Shown: positions 26,230 through 40,732 of the stretch, one piece after another
Layout of the letters: every line of letters begins with the position of its first letter
How positions within the stretch are numbered: position 1 is the stretch's first letter
Assembly: GCA_964016885.1 (NCBI GenBank)
Contig: OZ024743.1
Location: 150,040,001-150,104,000 of the forward strand
DNA length: 64,000 nt
DNA from: Eledone cirrhosa
Lineage: Eukaryota
Reading direction: 5' to 3'
Program-made: the position numbers and the translations under genes
Notes under the pieces: model-generated
The model's database searches: none
What the model was told of the DNA's origin: nothing
Seen by the model: only the letters and a program-made list of their open reading frames with translations

Positions 26230-28066
26230 CAAAAGAGACTTATCTAGCAAAAGACAAAGAAATTCATTAACGTTTTATCCCTTTTGAATGAGAATCCAAG
26301 TACTGAGTGCTGAAGACAGACTCAACTAAAGAATACTTAGCATCATTAACTCTTTATGCCTTTTGCATCAGGAAGGTTTTTTGACAAACCTCATGAAGAT
26401 CTACATCCACATAAAAGCTGGTTTTCTTCAAATTTGTCTTTTATTCTGCAGTTTTCCTTTCTCCCTTTCTAAAAGCTAAGCCATTATGGAGGGTTAATAA
26501 ATGAAATAACCAAATGAAAGAAATCCAACCATGGTAAGATAAAAGCTGAAAGCCCTGAAGAAAGTAAAGCTGTGGAAGGTGCATTTTGCTTAGTTACTTG
26601 GACAACCTCTCTTGATGGTTGAAAGAAATATTGACATGGTATTTGACCCACTACTTATTGATGTTGGTGAGTTTACAATACAGGAGTTGAAAGATGCAAC
26701 CAAATAATAAAGCTACCAAAACAACAAAGCAGTAGAAGTATGGAATGTATGCATGAATGATGAGCTGCTTGAAATCTGCCAAAATATCTTTAAGAGAGAT
26801 GTACCAGAAATCTAGAGAAAAGGAGGAATAGTTTCTCTACCCAAGAAGGGCAACCTGGGATATACAGCACCTTACAGAGGAATTACTTTGTCAGTAGTCG
26901 CAGCTAAAATCTACAACAGAATCCTACTAAACAGAATAAGACCACATCTAGACCGGAAACTGAGAATAAATCAAAATGATTTCAGACAGAATTGATCGAC
27001 TGTCTCACAAATATTGACACTGAAGAATACTAGAAGCTGTCAGATCAAAGAACTTTAAAGCTGTACTAACTTTCATTGACTTCATAAAGGCTTCCATAGA
27101 AGAAAGCTTATGTCAATCTTAGATGTATATGGCATACCTGATGCCATAGTTACTGATATAAATGTACTTTACATAAACACAGAAGATTAAATGCTCTCTC
27201 ACGATGATGATATTGAGTTTTCTTTTTAAATCTTACCAGGTGTCTTTCAAGGTCATATCTTTTTATAATTGCTCTGGAGTATGCCATGAAGTAAGCCATT
27301 ATTAATGAACAAGATTTCACCTCTACATTGACTCAAAAGAGAAGTAAGCAAAACCCATCAATTGTTATATGTGATACAGAGTTTGCTGATGAAATAGCCA
27401 TTGATCAAACTCAAGAACTTCTTCATAAAGTCAAATTCTCTGCCAGCAAAATTAGTCTACATACAAATATTACCAAGATAGAGTACATATCACTAAACCA
27501 ATAGATGGAAATCTTGTCACAATGGATGGCAAAATACTAAATTGAGTTGGTGATTTTCTATATTTGAGCAGCTAGATGAGTGCATCAAAAAGAGACATTG
27601 TCATTAGAATTTTCAAAGTCTGGGTTGAAATGAACAAAATGGAAAGGATATGGAAGTCAGATCTATTGAAAAAAATTAATATAGTATTGTTCAGATCATC
27701 TGTTGAGTCAATGTTGTTGCATAGACACAAGCACTTGAGAAGTAACTAGATGGAGCATACACTAAGGTGCTTAAAACATAAACTGGCATCAACATATTAC
27801 AAATGAAAGTTTATACAGAAACTTTCCCAAGATAACAATTTTTCAAAGACTTACAATTTGCAGGACATTGTTGAAGATGTAAGCTACTATTGTGGAAATC
27901 CACTCATGGGAGACACAGTAAAGGACATGCTGAAACCTTTATCAATCAACTCTCAGATGATACAAACATCAGTAGGAAGCATTTGCCAGGGGCAATGGAA
28001 AATTGTAAATTGTGGAGAGACTTTGTCAAGAATGTTTGACTGTGGTTGCAATGATAATGATGATGA
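26230..28066 (+). mobile_element. Old RTE-clade LINE, RT pseudogene
   Basis: 26822-26986 reads GGIVSLPKKGNLGYTAPYRGITLSVVAAKIYNRILLNRIRPHLDRKLRINQNDFR; FIDFIKA; GVFQG; DTEFADEIA (FADD); ends in (ATG)-like tail. Confidence 0.85.
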
Positions 28067-28360
28067 ACAGTTGTTCAGATTTGTTGTTTTTTTTTCATTT
28101 TTTAATTTATATTCCTTTCCTTTATATTTGTCTTGTTCACCTGACTACACAGCAAGACTTTATAAAGTATGAAACAGGCAATCAGACTCATACATTATTA
28201 TTTGGAATCATTGATTGTAATGTGATTGTGTTTATTTAACCCCATGGTAATCTGTATAGTACTGTTGACTATGTTAATTTTTTGAAGAAAGAGATCTGTC
28301 TTGAGGTGGACAAGTTTGAGGACAACCTGATTTACTTTCACCACTTTCTTTTTGTTGTAG

Positions 28361-28483
28361 GGGAAGTGCCATGGCATACTGGGTATCCTGACATTCGCCC
28401 TGCCTCTGCCACCCAGAAGATGGATTCTCCCCCTCACAAACGTGGAGGTACTGCCCCTCGATCACCCAGTATACCACATTGGG
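28361..28483 (+). CDS. Candidate 123-bp phase 1-1 coding exon of an unidentified host gene
   Basis: Acceptor CTTTCTTTTTGTTGTAG, donor GTAAGG; GC-rich non-repetitive island; reads EVPWHTGYPDIRPASATQKMDSPPHKRGGTAPRSPSIPHW without stops. Confidence 0.7.
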
Positions 28484-29251
28484 GTAAGGAATCATTATTA
28501 TGTATTTTTTAAGAACTCAATAACCTTTTATCTTACTTAAATCCAACAACTACAACGTGGCACTGGTACTATATATAGAGAGGTCAGTGGTGGTAGTGGT
28601 GGTGGTGGTTTCGTAGTTGATGTTATTGCATTGTTCCTGTTAAAGAACGATGAATGACATTGCTTTAAATAACGGTTATCTGTACTGTACTCTTAGGTGA
28701 TCCGTCTAAAGGGGCAAAAATGAAGTTTATGCATTCTAGCTTACAGATACCCTCACACACATTTACACACACATACACACACATACACATTATATATAAA
28801 TATTTATAGCATCACCATTACTTCTATAGTGGGTTGGGAGTCCATAGCAACACACACATATATATACATATATAAAGCATCATCTAGTGAGATAGAAACC
28901 ACAAATATATATGTGTGTGTGTGTGCATGTATAGAATTTGAAAACTGAATCAAATAGCTTTAATGATTGTATAGAAGACTCCTCAATCAAAAACAAAAGT
29001 TTCTTTAATCTAACAATCATAAAAACCTATACAAAAAGTAATTATACATTTTAGAATTTAAGATTAAATCCTTGTTATCTGTTCTCAAATTTTAGATTCT
29101 AAATAAGGGATAAATATTTTAAAGATAGGAAGTGTTTTGATCTAATTCAAATAAAGTGTTTATATATTTTACTGTTTTCTATAGATATTCCAATTCAATA
29201 TTTCGACCAATGAGTTCATATTATAGAATTGTTTGTTCATTTATTATCTGT

Positions 29252-29470
29252 GGTGGATTGGCAGTATCAGTAAAGCGTTGGACACCATGCTTTGCAGTAT
29301 AGAGTTACGGCCCTTTATTGTTCTGATTTCAAATCCGACCAAGGTTAGCTTTGCCTTTCATCCTTACGAAGTTGATAAATAAAGCACCACTAATGCACTG
29401 GGGTTGATTTTCTGAACTTTCCCCTGTCCCCAAAACTTTAAGCTTTGTGCCTAAATCGGAAATCATTATT
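29252..29470 (+). mobile_element. SINE family B (long variant)
   Basis: GGTGGATTGGCAGTATC...TTTGCCTTTCATCCTTACG...TTGTGCCTAAAT. Confidence 0.85.
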
Positions 29471-31172
29471 TGAGATTTTGATTACATAAGAGCTTATCAC
29501 AGTTCAAAATAAAAGACGCATACAAAATACAACATGTAACTTTTCTTTTTGTTTCGTTTTTTTGCTGCCTCTCGTATACATATGGCACAAATTTTAGGTA
29601 ATTTTAGAAAATAGCTAGTTAGTTAACCAATCTGGTTGTAATCTCATAGCTTATACACTGGTATGATATTCCTTTCTAAACTCTTACATAGTTGATTGAA
29701 TGATGGCTTTAAAAGAATCAGAAAATAACATGGATATTTTTCATTGACAAGACCACAAACTTATTGCAGAGAGGTATAGTCAGTATGTTACATATTTTCT
29801 GCAAAAAAAGATAAAAGGAATGCTTGGTTCTTATTAAATTTGAACTCAATCAATTTAAAGGGACAGAACTAAATACTGCAAAATATTCAATTCAGCACTT
29901 TATCAGGCTACAATTTTGATAATGATAATAAATAATCTATAGTACTTTCAGGTCCCAAATAATAAGGTGGTTTGGAATAAGCAGGAGGGGGGAAATCAGC
30001 AATTTTTCTAGGTTGTCTCCATTGATTATTTTTAAACCAGAATTAGTTGTTTAGTTTGCATATTGAAACCTCAACCTATCCTATTTATTATATAGCATAT
30101 GGAATTTCTAGTAATGTACTATTTTTGTTATGTACAATGTTTTTAATGTATAAAGAAAATTAATTGCTGCAGGAATGCTACCACTTAGACAAAAATTTTG
30201 CTGGAGATAGATCAATAATTTAATGCACCCTTGATTCCATTCCATAGTTTGAGAGTCTTAAAAATAATATAAATACATTATTTAGCAGTAGCACTAACAA
30301 AATATAGTTCATAATATTCATAGCCAGACTCATTTATGTTTATTATACATAAACATATCGCACCTCTATAATAGCTTATGTCTTCAATTTCATTCCATAA
30401 TTAAAGTATTACACCCAAATACTGAAGAAGAATATTGTACATTTTTCATAGTGGAGGTCTGTGATCATTGATAGGTGCTCAAATGCTGAAGTTGTTTATT
30501 ATTCTAACAATATAGATCAATGAAACAAAATATGAACCATACAACTATGTTTGCTGTCCTGAATATTCAGACAATTTACCTATAACGAGTATGGGATAGT
30601 CACAACTAGAAATGCTAATGTTTTAGATATATACTATAAGTATGGTCCAGCACTTCTGTATTACTTAACAGTGATCCTATAGCTGCTGTTATAGGAAACA
30701 CATTATTGTTCTATTTGCATTTAACACATTTTGCTTCTTGGAGCCATTTAATGTTTCATTTACTCAGCCGCTCCATTCTATTCAGTATAATTTTCTAAGT
30801 AAAATACACTTTATAAATTTCTTTGCCTTCTTTCTTGCCCATTGGGTCTGTCTCTCTACTCTGCTTTCATGTGGCATATTAAATCTCTCTCCCCGTCTAC
30901 CTTTTAATCTTATTTTAAGTGTCTCCCCAAAAGAGAACCAAAGTCTGTAACCATTTGGCTTTCATTAATAATAATAAAGTATGACTATTTAAAGTTTTCT
31001 TTACACTATTAGAACATATGTTTCTAGGCATTCCAACAAATATGCTTGAGTGTGTATGTATATATATGTCTCTGTATATATTGGAATTTATATTATTAAA
31101 CTCATTTTGCCCTCTTGATTTTTACTAGGATGTGTTGATACCATAAATGGTCTGCAATCCTTTTTCGTTATA

Positions 31173-31271
<99 letters not shown>

Positions 31272-31454
31272 TCATTACACATTCTATTCCAATTTACTAT
31301 GCTGGTATGATTTGGATAGGACTTTTTGAAGCAGTGTTTTATATAGCTAATTGCCCTTCCTGGTGCCAAACCTTTTAGTCACATCTTAAGACACCTAGGG
31401 ATACAATGTAGCTATACTAAAATTTGAGATACGCATGTGTGTGTGATTTAATGC

Positions 31455-31735
31455 AAGCATGGTTTAATAGTTAAGAAGTTCACCCCACAATAAGGAGGTT
31501 GTGGGTTTGATTCCATTACATAGGATCTTTGGCAGGTGTATTTTACCATGGTGTTGGGTTAGCAAAAGCATATGGATAAAATTGCATAGACAGAAACTGT
31601 GTGGAAACCCATCAGATGGATTGTACCTGTAAGTCAATTGTCCAGTCTTGTCACATTATGTTACAATGATTCTGATGGAGAATTTCCTCAAAGATATATA
31701 TGTCTGTCAAATACTCAGTCATTTACATGTTAATT
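31455..31735 (+). mobile_element. SINE family D, degraded
   Basis: GCATGGTTTAATAGTTAAGAAGTT...GGGTTTGATTCC; body collinear with 3035-3330. Confidence 0.6.
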
Positions 31736-31738
31736 TAA

Positions 31739-32003
31739 CCCTTTTCTTGTCATATTCCTAATATAATTAAAAACAAAAAAAACACTGCCTATTATTTTCA
31801 AATAATTTTGAAAATAATTAAGAATTTTGAGAGATTTAGTAATATAAGTTTCTCATTCTCAAGCTGGTGTTGAGGCATAACTTAACAGAGGATCTTACAT
31901 AAAATTATGATGGAAGGTTTTTAGATAAATATAAACACTTTAAAATAACCAGTTTTGAATCATAGAACGAGGTGCAGTTTTGGGTAGCTTGGTATTAAAA
32001 GGG
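31739..32003. mobile_element. piggyBac-type MITE inserted in a SINE
   Basis: TTAA TSDs at 31735-31738 and 32004-32007; termini CCCTTTT...AAAAGGG. Confidence 0.75.
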
Positions 32004-32359
32004 TTAATGACAAATGAATTAACATCTTCTTAAGACATGGGACTTCGTACATGTGGCTTCATTTAAAGCACATAGGATTAATACCGAGTATCTCTATTAC
32101 ATTGAATGGTGACACTATCATCATTACATCTAAATGAAATTTCACCTTACAATTTTTAAAAAGGAAAAACAGAACATTGGGGGATGTATTCTTTGATATA
32201 CAAAAAGATGGGATTCCCAAGGCTGAAACACTTTCATCATAGATCTGCTTACTCAAGACTGACCTAGGGCCAAAACAACAATTAGCTTTATGCATAAGTG
32301 CATAAGAAATTATCATCATGCTCCACCTTATTATTATCGTGTTGGACAACAAGCTTTGT

Positions 32360-32530
32360 GGCAAATAGTTACAGCCCTTTACATTCAGAGTTCAAATCCT
32401 GCTGCAATTAGCTTTGCCTTTCCTCCTTACAGAGTCAATAACATAAAGCACCAGTAATGCACCTGGGTTGATTTAATCAACTTTCCCCTTTCCTTCAAAT
32501 TGCTGGACTTATGCCTAATGTTGAAACAAA
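32360..32530 (+). mobile_element. SINE family B, degraded
   Basis: GAGTTCAAATCC...TTTGCCTTTCCTCCTTAC...CACCAGTAATGCAC. Confidence 0.75.
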
Positions 32531-33097
32531 CCTCAATTTCATCATCAAGATGGTAAATGTATATAAAAACAATTGAGTACTGGAATTTATAATATTTAAT
32601 TTTACTTTCAACATTCAAACTTTGCCTTTCATTCTTTCAGAGTTTGATCAAATAAATATCAGACAAATAATAGAGTCAATTCAATTTCTCCTTTACAAAT
32701 GTTCAACTTTGTATCAATGCAAAAAAATTCCCAACATCATTGTTTTTACATCCATTTTCTCATACTAGAGTGGATTAGATGACACCTTTATGAGGAAGCT
32801 TTCTATGGCCAGACACCCTTCCTGATGTCGCCCTTACTTTTTACAGTTTGATACTGATCTTTACACATCAAACCACTGAGGCAGAGAAATTTATGTTTAT
32901 ACAGGTCATAAAGAAATACTACCACCTGTGCTAGAAGTATTAAAATTATGACACAGTTTCCATCAATCAAAATCACCTACAAAGCATTAGTCAGCCTTTA
33001 GTTATGTTTGGAGTTCAAATCAGCTTTGTTTTTCCCCCCTTCCAGGGTCGATAAAATCAACTATACCCCTTTCTCAAGATGGTGGTCTTGTGCCTTT

Positions 33098-33312
33098 TGG
33101 CAAAATTGGTAGAGCGTCAGATCAAATGCTTCGCAGCATAGAATTATGACCCTTTATAATCTGATTTCAAATCCTGCTGAGGTTATCTTTGCCTTTCATC
33201 CTTATGGGTTTGATAAAATAAAGTACCAGTATCGTATTTAGATCAATTTAATCGACTTACCCCTCCCCTTGAAATTGCTGGCCTTGTGGCTATAGTAGAA
33301 ATCATTATTATT
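33098..33312 (+). mobile_element. SINE family B (long variant)
   Basis: TGGCAAAATTGGTAGAGCGTCAG...GAGGTTATCTTTGCCTTTCATCC...GCTGGCCTTGTG..AGTAGAAA(TTA). Confidence 0.85.
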
Positions 33313-33968
33313 GTTGTTGTTGTTGTTGTTCTGGTGGTTATGCCATGTGCTGTTACACCATCGCTATTGTTGTTATTTAGGATGTAATTTGATTTGATTT
33401 TTTATGCTAAGCTTGATTCTATCCACCCCTAGTATATAGAATATGGCTTTAACTTATTTATTCATTGATTAAAGATAATTGTTATTTTCTCTCTCTCTCT
33501 TATTGGCAAGATAGTTTATATAAAGAAAGATAATATGTAAATTGTTGGATGGTTATTGGTATTTTTGCAGGCATGATATAATTCTCTTTCAATATATATA
33601 ACTTAATGTTTACATCATCTGATACAGAGTCCCTAAAAAAAAATAAAAAAAGAGTTTTTTTTATTTATTTGTAAAATCTCATACACACATATATACTTCA
33701 TTTCCCAACTATCTTACACAACCAAAGTGAATTTTAAAACAAATATAAAAAATATACAAGAAAAAATTCATCAAGCAAACATCTTCGAAGAAATAGGGAA
33801 AATTCATTTCCTTTTAAAATAGCTGATATATTTTAATTTATTCCTATTTGTCTAATTCAAATAGTTGTTGGGTCACATTGACCTTGCAAGAAATCTAATA
33901 ACAGCCAAAATGTACTGTCATCGTCCAGATTTATTGATGATTTTAACAAAGAATTATCTATATACCTA

Positions 33969-34022
<54 letters not shown>

Positions 34023-34278
34023 CATTTCTATATAATGAATATAAACAAACAAAATATGTTTTATATAAAGATAAATATATGTAAATAAAAAATATATGAA
34101 ATTTAATAAAACAAAAATTAAAATATGAGAGAGGCTGTATGAAGTACAGCTGAGATATGTTGCCAGTAATTAAATGTATGTACAGCTCCTTTAAACCTTT
34201 CATTATCTACATGCTGATATTTAAAATTTCGCTGTACACAAAAACAGTAAAAGCAATGGGAAAGGTAGGAGGAGGAGT

Positions 34279-34322
<44 letters not shown>

Positions 34323-35779
34323 AAGAGAGTGAGTGTATGAGAGAGAGAGAAATAAAAAAAAATTAAAAATAGATATTGCTATGAAAACCTAGGTCATCGT
34401 GACTTTAAATTTTTAAATCTGTTGAAATTTTACTATTTGAAAGAATCTTAAGACAAGCTTAGGCATCAATTCTTTGAAGAGAGCCATATAGTGTTTGAAT
34501 GTTTAATATGTTGCAGTTGATAACTGATAAGTGCTTCTGCAAAATCTAAAGCATCGTGGAATATAATTGGCTCGCAGGTAGGTGCTTGCTGAATACTCCA
34601 AAAGTATGCCATTAATTTGCCTCTCATCGTTGCATCACCTGCAAACATCTACTCTCAGTAGAAACATAACAACGCCAACACAGGGCGGTCAACTGGACAG
34701 CTAGCTGCTGTTCCATCTTCCTTCGTCTTTTATACACCACTGCTACTGTTATCTATCGCCTTCTCTCCAGCTGCCTGCAGCAGGCACTGCATCTATAGCA
34801 ATAGTGCATTGGTAGCCCTCGTTTGGCAAGTCATCGCTCTGTGTTGGCTTCTATACATACACATGTTATTTATGCTAGTGTACCGTTAGTTAATAACATA
34901 AATCATCACAATTCTTTAGTATGAAAAATACAACAAACATACATTTTTATCAGTTAACATTATCATTGTCACAATCTTTGTCAATTTCTTTTTCTGCTGT
35001 TGTTGCTATTTAATTTTTCCTATTGTCTTCTTATTAACATTTTTCTATAGATTTCCATATAATTTTTTTTCATAGTTTAAAAATCTTTGTCACTGCCTAC
35101 TGCTTGGTTTAGTTTACTGTGTAAAATTATCATTTGTTTTCCTTTCTCACTCTCTCTCTCTTTCTTCCTGATCTACCCCACACTTACCTGACTCTCACAT
35201 CTCCAGGATGTTTGTGTTTTTGTTGTTGTTAATATGTTATTCTCTTGGTAAATCATATTCAATGCAATGGCATCATTTCTGTTGTGTTCCTAGTCTGTAC
35301 AGTACTTTATTAGTATAACGGACTACTTCGTTTAGTGGGAGAGTGGATCTTACTGATAAGATCATTCACATACACATGCACACACTCCCTCACTTTATTT
35401 CATCCTCTCTCTAATATTTCATCCACCATAAACATGTCCTTTCCTTTTGTTCTTTCTCTCTCCTTCTTTCTTTCCCATCTGAAACACATCCATAAATACA
35501 CACACATTCTCTCTCTCTTTCCTATCTTTCAAATCACACACACACACACACCTGCCACCCTCTATCCTATTTCAGCTCCTCCGCTCTCATCGTATTCACC
35601 ACATGTCACACACATTCTTCTCTTCATCTTCTTCTCTGTCACCTTATCAAGATTCCTCATACACTTCAGTCTCTCTATTCTGTCTGCTTTCTCTTTTTCT
35701 CTCCCTTTTCTCTATCTTTCCCAGTCTATATAATTATTTCAGAAAACACCCACCCTCACATTCAAAAATATGTATATAA

Positions 35780-35825
<46 letters not shown>

Positions 35826-36204
35826 CGACTGTGTCTGTGTTTCAATGCATTCACAACTTACACTTTTCTTAAATAATGTCTTTGTAGACCACTAAAATCT
35901 TTTCTCTTTTTTTAAATTTTTCTTTTTGATAAATATGAGATATTGTGGAATCTTGTCTCGAAAATATTTCGAGAATGTTTAATTCTAAATAGTAGAAAGT
36001 GAAAAGTAGCAAGGGCTGAAGTGACAGACAGACAGAAAGTGAAAAAAGAGAAAAAGAGAGGGTGGTGGGAGAAGGAAAAAATCAATTTTTCAAAAAAGTA
36101 AAATGTAGAGCATTTCTTTAAATTTGTTTTCTTTCTGCTGCCAGCATGCTATATATTTTATGCTTTCTCATCCTCCACATTATTCTGGAAGTTTCAGAGT
36201 TGAA

Positions 36205-36257
36205 ACTCTCTCTCTCTCTCTCTCTTTCTTTCTCTCTCTCTCATTCTCTCTCTCTCT

Positions 36258-36349
<92 letters not shown>

Positions 36350-36675
36350 TCCCATTGCAGCTACTTGTATATACATACAAACAAACATACATATACACAC
36401 ATACATGGAAACACATACACATTGCTTAATTCAGCTTTCATACCTTCACCAACTCCTATATATTTACATAATTTACATAATCACTATTAAAGAATAACAT
36501 TAACAATTCCTACTTTCGAAGCTGGAAATGTTGGACATGGGGAGGTACATATTTTATTGAAAATTATATATATATGTGTATGTACAAATGTATGTCCATG
36601 GAAAAGTCTGTATAAATATTGAAATATGTATTTAGATATGTGTGTGCACTTAAATATGTTTATATGGCATATGTT

Positions 36676-36759
<84 letters not shown>

Positions 36760-37148
36760 TATATTTATATATACATATTTAAACACACACTCACCGATAT
36801 ATAGATAGATTGATATAGCTTTTATATGTATGTCTACAAAGGGTGCCTTAATATAGTGTTCAAGTTTGTTTGTGTGTATATATATATATATATATATGTA
36901 TACATACATATATATATACATTTATATATACTTATATATATATACATACATTTATATATATATACACATTATATATATACATACTTATATATATATACAT
37001 ATATATATACATGTATGTATACATATATATATATATACATTTATATATACTTATATATATATACATACATTTATATATATATACACATATATATATATAC
37101 ATACTTATATATATATATATATACATATATATATACATGTATGTATAC

Positions 37149-37181
<33 letters not shown>

Positions 37182-37250
37182 CATACACACATATATATAC
37201 ATACAGATACATATACATATATACATACAGATACATATACATACATATAT

Positions 37251-37312
<62 letters not shown>

Positions 37313-37400
37313 ATGCACTCATTCACATTTATGATCATTTGTATATGAGCTTATATATGTATATAGACATGTATATACACAAACATGCATGTATATAAAC
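36205..37400. repeat. (CT)n tract followed by large (TA)n/(TACA)n compound microsatellite field
   Basis: Directly visible; source of many spurious ORFs. Confidence 0.95.
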
Positions 37401-38835
37401 ATATACATATACAAAAACCTACATATACATTCAAACACATATGCAGATATTAGAATATATGTACACTTAACTGCATGTGTGTATTGAAACATTTCATATA
37501 GGATTTTTCAAAATACAATTTTGAAATATGAAGAATGTTCTATGAATATATAGTTAGTCTCTTAGAATAAAATTTAAAGTATTTTCTTAAAATATTTATT
37601 TACGGAATGTCATTAAATGTGAGCTATCAAGTAAAATGTTTATAAAAAATAGATCTTATTCATGCTTCAGTGAACAAATTACATAGATTTGCTATAAAAA
37701 AATTAATTTTTTCCCCTTTAAAAAAAGAAAGGAAAAATTATGAAAACATGTATTTACTACATTATTGATTTTTGGTTCACATTCATAAATTTCACTGTCT
37801 TTTATCTGTATTTTATTTTTACATATATTTTAATATTGCTCATAGCAATTTTTTAACTTTGTGTAGATGTGTGGAATATATAAATGTAAAACATATAAAA
37901 TTGAGTTTTTTTTTTTTTTAAATAATATTCACAATAGTGATCAAAGTTTTTATGTGCTATTCAGAAATATAATTTACCTAAACTGTAATACTTTATGTTC
38001 ATTTGAATTATATAACGAACTGCTTCCCTCAGAATTAATTTGCCTCTATTAAAAATAAAAAAAATAAAATAAACATTAACAATTCTCCATGAAAAAAAAC
38101 AGTAATAATAATAATAACAATAGCGATAATAATAATGAATAATAATGAGTATACCGTAATATATTTTTTCTTTGGTAAATCATCCCAACCTGTCTTGCTC
38201 TCTCTCTAATATGACTTTTGTTTTACCCTACCAGCTTAAAATTGTAGAAAGCAATGTAATTACTAGCTATGTATATATATATATATATATATATGTGTTT
38301 GTATATATGCAAGTGCATGTGTGTGTAACATGTAAGTAGTACAACCTGTTACATGCTTGTGACGATGGTGACAAAACTGGCAACATCACCACCATTCTAC
38401 CCTCTTAAAAAAGAAAAACAATAGCTGTAAAAACAAGGGATGAAGCCCACAAATAGTTAATGACTATTTAACAATAGTGCACAGGGACGTAAAAATATTT
38501 TAGATGATGAACAAAAATACCATAAGACCAATCTGGGAGTGATGGGTTCTGAGTTCTTTTCAGAAAACCTGTCTAGGAAAAGGATAGCTTAAGTTCTTTA
38601 GCATTGCCCTGCTGTCTTGTGGGTGAGTCCAAGAAGACAAAACCTAGAAGGGTAAACACTGGGAGAAGAAAAAGTTGTAAAAGCCAGCCATAAGCTGGTT
38701 ATCAAGGGACTGAATTTCCAGCAGTCACCAGTCATCTTGTGTCACACTTGCAACTGGAATAAATGACCCTCACAGTAGTACTGAAAAGTGTGTTCCTAAA
38801 ATACCACTATGAAGCTTCATCTAAACTATATGTAT

Positions 38836-38881
<46 letters not shown>

Positions 38882-39438
38882 CTATCTATCTATACACACA
38901 CATACATGATAATATAAAATGTTTCTGATTTAAACATAAGGCTAACACATTTTGGGGATAGGAGAAAGTCACTTAAATTGACCACAGCACTTGATTTTTA
39001 TCTTATTTCATTAAGTAAATTGATAAACTAACAATGATTAACCAGTCTCATCTCAAATATATGTATGTGTATTACTTTTAGCAAATTCTCTTCAGTATTT
39101 GAAGAGCACACCAACTTTGTTACATTGACCGTTTGTTATTTATAAATGTACTCTCTACCATGATGTGTCAAAATATTTTGTCAAAGTTTTGCAACCTAAA
39201 GGTGCCATATTTTACCATATTTTAAGTTACTCGTCAAAAAAGTGCAACCATAGAATAGATTATATATATATGTGTGTTTGTGTGTGTTTATACACACACA
39301 TATATACATACATATACACACACACATTTACATATTTTGTATATATATATATATACATATAAACATATACTTATATATATACACACACACATACATATAT
39401 AAATACATATATATAAATATATACTTATATATATATAT

Positions 39439-39479
<41 letters not shown>

Positions 39480-40732
39480 TACATATGCATATATATGTGT
39501 ATATTACTAACAGACCAGTTAAACATTCACACTACACTCTTTTACTACCAATACACACACTCACTCCCACCACAGCTCTTATCCCATACCACCTCTGTTC
39601 TCTATACGTTACACACAGCCTCCCCTCTGGTCATTTCTTGAAACACCACGACCATTATAATAATAATAATGAAATTATTGTGTAAAGTGCTCAGGTGCAC
39701 TACAACTCGTCAAAGGTGTATGTATAGTACATATTATAAAACAACATACACATACACAGACCAACTATCACACAAAAAATTCACCTACATGTACACACGT
39801 GCACATGTATGTACAGGTATATATATATGTACATGTGTGCACATACAAGTATATGTAGGTGTGTCTGAAGAATCCACAGACACACACACACATATACACA
39901 TGTTCGCATGAAAAAAAAAACGTGTATATTTGTATGCACATACACACACTCACTTACATATACACACAAAAGAATTCCCTGACACACATATGTATATACA
40001 CACACTCGCATATGTGCCCAATCATGCACACACAAACAATACAAAAATGTCAGCCGCGCACATGTATATACACATAGATACACTTATACATAATCATACA
40101 CACACACATACACACTCATCGATGATGGTGGTGCACATTCACACACAAACAAACTATAAAAAATTTACACATAGGCACACACACACACACACACGTATGT
40201 GCATACACATGCACTCATAAAATACACAGAATAATTCACAGATACACACGTGTACAAATTTGCCTATGCAAGCCTACACACACACACTCATACAAAAACA
40301 TACAGGAACATACACAGAAAAAAAACCTTTATAAAAAATTCACTGACATGCACACTTCCATCAATACATAGAATACACACACACACACACAAAAGCAATA
40401 ATCCACACCCATGAAATGCACTCCATAACACACATAACAACACCCATGACACAATTAGATTCTCCACCTTGGGCTCCACACTTGAATGCCAGACTAATCG
40501 ATTACCACTCCCAGCTTTCTTGAATTTTTTTTTTTTTTTTTCAAACTCTCATGTTCCAACCATTCGTCTCTCTTTCTCTCTGAACTCTTAATTTCCTAAA
40601 GAAAGACTTATGTCTGAAACGTCAAACTCTCTTCTACTTCCTCCTAAGTGTGATACTAATAAGCCTTTAAGTTTTTACATCTTTGTGATTGTCTTGTCAT
40701 TTCTTGAAATATATACATATACACACACATCA

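Noticed and set aside
36124-37398. Many long ORFs rich in Y/I/H/T/C/V/S/L (also 3251-3562, 6607-7182, 39165-40220, 50259-50866, 63431-63719)
   Set aside because: They are translations of stop-free dinucleotide microsatellites, not genes
38530-38800. Possible HDV-like ribozyme in an RTE-5'UTR-like relic (also sought at 41480-41620)
   Set aside because: Could not assemble P1-P4 nested pseudoknot pairings by eye
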